A stretch of DNA of 64,000 nucleotides from NCBI GenBank assembly GCA_964607485.1, contig CAZSKP010000003.1:1-64000 (forward strand), read 5' to 3'. A model generated the notes under the pieces. The model saw only the letters and a program-made list of their open reading frames with translations. It was not told the DNA's origin and ran no database searches. Positions 60,092-64,000 of this stretch are shown here, piece after piece. This DNA is from an uncultured bacterium. Lineage in GTDB: Bacteria > Abyssobacteria > SURF-5. Position 1 is the first letter of the stretch. The number at the start of each line of letters is the position of its first letter. A program made the translations under genes and the position numbers.

Positions 60092-61582
60092 ATGGAAACC
60101 TTCCCCGATGAATCGTCCAGCCAGGTTGACGCCCGCAGCCGGCTCCGCCATACAGCGATTCCGCTCCTCATCGCAGCGATAAGTCTTCTGATCGGCCTGT
60201 TCTTCATCAGGCCCAACATGGGCGAGCCCGATTCGTACCGAGAGGCGCTGTCCGCGTTCAAGTACATCGATGAAGGCGTGTACTCATCCTATTGGGACCA
60301 TCCGCTGACAATGTACGTGTTTGTGGCGGCCACGCGCCTCTCGCTCGCTTTCGGCTGGAGGCAGACGGCTGTGCTGAACACGCTCGCCGTCCTGTTCGGT
60401 TCGTTGAGCGTGTGGCCTTTCTATCAGCTCGTGCGAAGGCTGGTGAACTGGCAGACGGCGGCCTTCGCATCGACGGCCCTCATCCTGTCGCCCGCTTTCA
60501 TTCAATTCTCGACGTACCTCTCTCACGAAGTCGTCGGGTTCGCGTTCGCCCTGTGGAGCCTGTATCTGTTCGAGCGAACGCTTGCGGAACGGAGCAGGCT
60601 CGCGGCAACCGCGTTCGGATTCTCGTTTGGCGCGACGTGGGCTGCCAGGCCGAACGGGGCGATGTTCATAGGCCCCCCGCTTCTGGCGCTCCTTTTTCAT
60701 GGAGCGCGTAAGTCCCGGCCGGCTGACACGGGAAAGCTGCTGCTCTTCGCCTTATTGGGTGTTTTCGTATGCCTTATCGCCGTGTACAGGCCGGCGCTCG
60801 TCACCCACCTGGCCTCGAAGTCGGGAAGCTTTCTGTTCACGTACTACGAACTTGGCAGATACATCAAGAGCACCACTCTCATCGCCGTGCAATCGCTGAC
60901 GCCCGCGCTGGTGGTCCTCGCGGCGGCCGGCTGCAGCGTGCTCGTGGTGCGTCGCAAGTTCTTCATCGCCCTGTTTGCCGGCGTTTGGATATCGGCCGCG
61001 TATCTGTTCTACACCGGGATGTACTCGATGCACAGGTACTTCCTGGTCCTGCTTCCTCCCTGCCTGCTGTTGTGCTTTGCGGGCGCCGACGAACTCGACG
61101 CTCTGTTCGCGGCGGGACGAAGACGATTCGGGCACGTCGCCAAGGCGGCGGTCGTCGTGCTCCTCCTGCTCGCGGCGCTGGCGCCGAGCCTGCCTGACCT
61201 CCTCTATCTGAGGAGCGTGAATGACGACGAGGTTGCCTCCAGGGAGATAGGCAAGCTGGTGGGCCGGAATCTATTGTTCACTACTTCGTCGGAGCCGATG
61301 ATACAATACTACAACCGCGAAAATCCGCCCGAGACGGTGTATCTGGTGACCGAATACAGTCCCGGGAAAGTCGCAATGAGGACCGACGCGCTCCGTCTGG
61401 CGCAGGAACGTCTGAGAGAAGGGCGGCCGGTGTTCGCAACGGGTGAGCTCATCCGGCATTTTCAGCTTCCGGGCATCGACGCGACGTTCGAGCCGGTCTG
61501 GCAGTACAAATCGCTCCGCCTGTTCCGGCTCACGAGGCTGAAGTTCGCCGAAGGCGTCACCGCCGGACACGGAGCGGGCTGA
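60092..61582 (+). CDS. GT-C membrane glycosyltransferase (ArnT/PMT-like)
   Basis: Multi-TM, DHP motif, ARPNG, RYFLVLLP; start may be 60041. Confidence 0.8.
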   Translation: METFPDESSSQVDARSRLRHTAIPLLIAAISLLIGLFFIRPNMGEPDSYREALSAFKYIDEGVYSSYWDHPLTMYVFVAATRLSLAFGWRQTAVLNTLAVLFGSLSVWPFYQLVRRLVNWQTAAFASTALILSPAFIQFSTYLSHEVVGFAFALWSLYLFERTLAERSRLAATAFGFSFGATWAARPNGAMFIGPPLLALLFHGARKSRPADTGKLLLFALLGVFVCLIAVYRPALVTHLASKSGSFLFTYYELGRYIKSTTLIAVQSLTPALVVLAAAGCSVLVVRRKFFIALFAGVWISAAYLFYTGMYSMHRYFLVLLPPCLLLCFAGADELDALFAAGRRRFGHVAKAAVVVLLLLAALAPSLPDLLYLRSVNDDEVASREIGKLVGRNLLFTTSSEPMIQYYNRENPPETVYLVTEYSPGKVAMRTDALRLAQERLREGRPVFATGELIRHFQLPGIDATFEPVWQYKSLRLFRLTRLKFAEGVTAGHGAG

Positions 61583-61587
61583 CAACA

Positions 61588-62457
61588 ATGTCGAAGCTAT
61601 TGATAGTCAACGCCGACGATTTCGGGCTCGAAGAGGAGGTAAACTCCGGCATCATCGAGGCGCACCTCCACGGCGTGGTCACGAGCACCTCGCTCATCGC
61701 CAACGGCGACGCGTTCGAGCACGCTGTCGCGCTCGCTCGTGAGAACCCGGGACTGGACGTGGGCGCACACCTGACGTTGACGCGGGGCCCGTCGCTTGTG
61801 GGAGGCCCATTGCTCGACCCACTCGAGGTCCCCTCGCTGGTCAAGGGCGACGGCCTGTTCTCTCAAAATCCGACGACGCTCGCCGCCCGAATCGTTCTGG
61901 GTTTCGTGAGCCGTTCCCAGATAAGAAAAGAGCTGAGGGCTCAGATGGAAAAGATAGCGTCGGCGGGCATCCGGATCACGCACATTGACAGTCATCAGCA
62001 CATTCACATGGCGCCGCCGGTGTTTCGCATCGTCGTCGAGCTGGCCTGCGAGTTTGGGGTGAAATGGCTGAGGCTGCCCATCGGGCGCTCCCTGCCACGG
62101 AGCGGTCCGAGGGCCGGCGCGTTTGGGCGGTTGAAAAGCAAGATACTGGCCTGGCTTGCCGCGCGGGATGCGCCCATCATGGCGAGCGCCGGACTGCGCT
62201 CGGCGCATTATTACGTCGGCGTGGATTTCTCCGGACGACTGCTCGAGGAAGAGATCGAGCACATTGTCGCCAATCTGCCCGACGGGATTGCCGAGCTCTC
62301 ATGTCATCCCGGCTCGGACGACGCGCGGCTGAGCCAAAGTCATCCCTGGGGGTATCGGTGGCAGCGAGAGCTCTCGGCGTTGTGTTCGAGGCGCGTCCGC
62401 ACTGCCATCGAGGAGTCCGGCTTCAAACTTGTCGGTTACTCGAACGTGAGCGGCTAG
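61588..62457 (+). CDS. ChbG/HpnK/YdjC family deacetylase
   Basis: NADDFG, HIDSHQHIH, CHPG. Confidence 0.95.
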   Translation: MSKLLIVNADDFGLEEEVNSGIIEAHLHGVVTSTSLIANGDAFEHAVALARENPGLDVGAHLTLTRGPSLVGGPLLDPLEVPSLVKGDGLFSQNPTTLAARIVLGFVSRSQIRKELRAQMEKIASAGIRITHIDSHQHIHMAPPVFRIVVELACEFGVKWLRLPIGRSLPRSGPRAGAFGRLKSKILAWLAARDAPIMASAGLRSAHYYVGVDFSGRLLEEEIEHIVANLPDGIAELSCHPGSDDARLSQSHPWGYRWQRELSALCSRRVRTAIEESGFKLVGYSNVSG

Positions 62458-62483
62458 TGTTTGGTTGCACCAATAAGCATCCA

Positions 62484-62509
62484 GGGCAGGCACAGGGGCC
62501 TGCCCCTAC
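62484..62509. repeat. GTAG-family REP (reverse orientation)
   Basis: GGGCAGGCACAGGGGCCTGCCCCTAC; related to 8021 and 12804. Confidence 0.75.
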
Positions 62510-62577
62510 GAACTCACGTGGGAATACGGGCTCTGTCCCCATATTTCGCCGGCCGGGGCCGCCTTTCCCGGCTGGAG

Positions 62578-62811
62578 TTATTCCCACTCTATGGTTTCTA
62601 TGACCTTCTTGTCCTGATCCCAGTAGTCGATCTTGGTGAGGACATTGTTTATGAATTCGAGCCGGGCCGCCTGTTCGCCCGTCGAATGATTGAACAGACG
62701 TATCTCCACATTCTCGACACCGGCGAGTGACATCTTTTCCCTCTCGTACCGGCATTCCAGGCTCCTGAGGAAATTCTCGACAATTTCGGGAGTGATCTTC
62801 GTTTCCGCCAT
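62578..62811 (-). CDS. hypothetical small protein
   Basis: 77 aa, coupled to the upstream kinase. Confidence 0.65.
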   Translation of the reverse strand: MAETKITPEIVENFLRSLECRYEREKMSLAGVENVEIRLFNHSTGEQAARLEFINNVLTKIDYWDQDKKVIETIEWE

Positions 62812-62813
62812 GT

Positions 62814-63581
62814 TCACCCGCCTGCTCTTTGGCCTGCCGACGAGGGCAGGCAAATCTTCACGCAAACTCCCCCTTTTGGCGCGTTATCGACCTCGATGGT
62901 CCCTGCATGCGCCTCGACAAGAATCTTCGCCGCCGCGAGACCGAGACCGAGACACCGCGACTGCCGCTTGGTTGTATAGAACGGCGTGAAGAGGTGCGCG
63001 CGCGCGTCCTCGCTCAGACCGGGGCCATCGTCCTCGAACAGCGCGACGACCTGTTCGGCCTCCGCAAGCGTCGTGATTGAGAGGCAGCCGCCCTTTTCCT
63101 CGATGGCATCCAGGGAATTTTGAATGACGTTCAAGAATATCTGTTCAAGGGCGGGCGTGTCAACCTCGATGGGCGGAATGTCTGCGGAATAGTTCTCGAC
63201 AAGCTCGAGCGACTTCTTGATGAACTGGTGGCGGAGCAGGTCGAGCGAGGCCTTTATGATGAAATTTATGTTGTCAAACTCTTTCTCGAGGCCTCCGAAT
63301 CGGCTGAATCGCTTGAAATCCAGAATCAGTTTGCGACACTGTTCGGCAGAGTAGTTGATCTTGTCCAATTCCCTCGTGACCGGCTTTGCCCGGTCCTGTC
63401 CGAGCAACAGTTGCGCGTACCCCGTCACGCCGGTCAAGTGATTGTTCACTTCGTGAGTAATGCTCGAGGAGAGCCGGCCCACCAGCGCAAGTTTCTGGCA
63501 GTTCACAAGCTGCGCCAGCATTCTTCCCGTTACATCCGTCGCATCCGCTTGGGACTCCTTTTTCACCTTTCTTCCTTTCAC
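62814..63581 (-). CDS. histidine kinase without sensor domain
   Basis: THEVNNHL, DDGPG, LGLGL. Confidence 0.9.
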   Translation of the reverse strand: MKGRKVKKESQADATDVTGRMLAQLVNCQKLALVGRLSSSITHEVNNHLTGVTGYAQLLLGQDRAKPVTRELDKINYSAEQCRKLILDFKRFSRFGGLEKEFDNINFIIKASLDLLRHQFIKKSLELVENYSADIPPIEVDTPALEQIFLNVIQNSLDAIEEKGGCLSITTLAEAEQVVALFEDDGPGLSEDARAHLFTPFYTTKRQSRCLGLGLAAAKILVEAHAGTIEVDNAPKGGVCVKICLPSSAGQRAGG

Positions 63582-63593
63582 GCAAACGCAAAC

Positions 63594-64000
63594 CTAGCTG
63601 CCGATCTTGAAATTCTCTTCATACCATTCTTTCCACTTTTCGACGTTATGGCCATATGGCCGGTGAGTGATCTCTCCCAGAACGGTGGTCGCGCGAACGG
63701 CCTGAGACGAGTTTGGGCTGTTGATGACGGTTATCAACTTGTGGACGGCCTGAAGGTCGTTCAATCTGATCAATGTGGTCGCGGCGTTATCGGCGACCGT
63801 GGCGTCTGTGTCGCCCAACGCGTCCACCAACTCGTCTATCACGGACGCGTCCGCCACATATATCAGGGCTTCCGACGCCGGCCTGCGCACGATAACGGTG
63901 CGATCTTTCAGTGCATCCGCCAGGGCGTGGACTGTCGAGGGGTCTTTGGCTTTGAGGAGCCCGATGGCCGCCTTTGAGCGCACCTCCGGGCTCGAGTCGG
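63594..64000 (-). CDS. HEAT repeat protein (5' partial)
   Basis: ALKDRTVIVRRPA, ALGDTDATVADNA. Confidence 0.85.
   Translation of the reverse strand, partial: DSSPEVRSKAAIGLLKAKDPSTVHALADALKDRTVIVRRPASEALIYVADASVIDELVDALGDTDATVADNAATTLIRLNDLQAVHKLITVINSPNSSQAVRATTVLGEITHRPYGHNVEKWKEWYEENFKIGS

Noticed and set aside
1-64000. CRISPR array, rRNA, prophage or intact transposase
   Set aside because: No regularly spaced repeats or recognisable genes of these types seen

Overview
GC-rich bacterial chromosomal segment with a gene content typical of an anaerobe; taxonomy cannot be fixed from the window. It holds about 60 CDS. Housekeeping and metabolic genes include leuA, nuoABCDHI, mnmA, lsrF, an AOR-MoaD-DUF362 operon, two crotonases, SCP2, a TPP enzyme and a metB-like gene. 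Also present: tRNA-Ile2(CAT), efflux systems, sigma54-linked HDOD/kinase signalling, an lgmABC/flm-like GT2-GT-C-YdjC operon, a small TA/HNH islet and many REP/MITE-like palindromes. Main hidden signals: (1) three accessory blocks, each bracketed by a degenerate 40-100 bp direct repeat of a neighbouring gene's 3' end or promoter, with no integrase in view; (2) an OsmC-family selenoprotein split by an in-frame TGA with a SECIS-like hairpin; (3) a Leu-rich leader ORF with anti-SD pairing ahead of leuA; (4) an HDOD gene that apparently starts at CTG; (5) a probably leaderless ADH-lsrF transcript. Product calls rest on motif recognition, not database searches.
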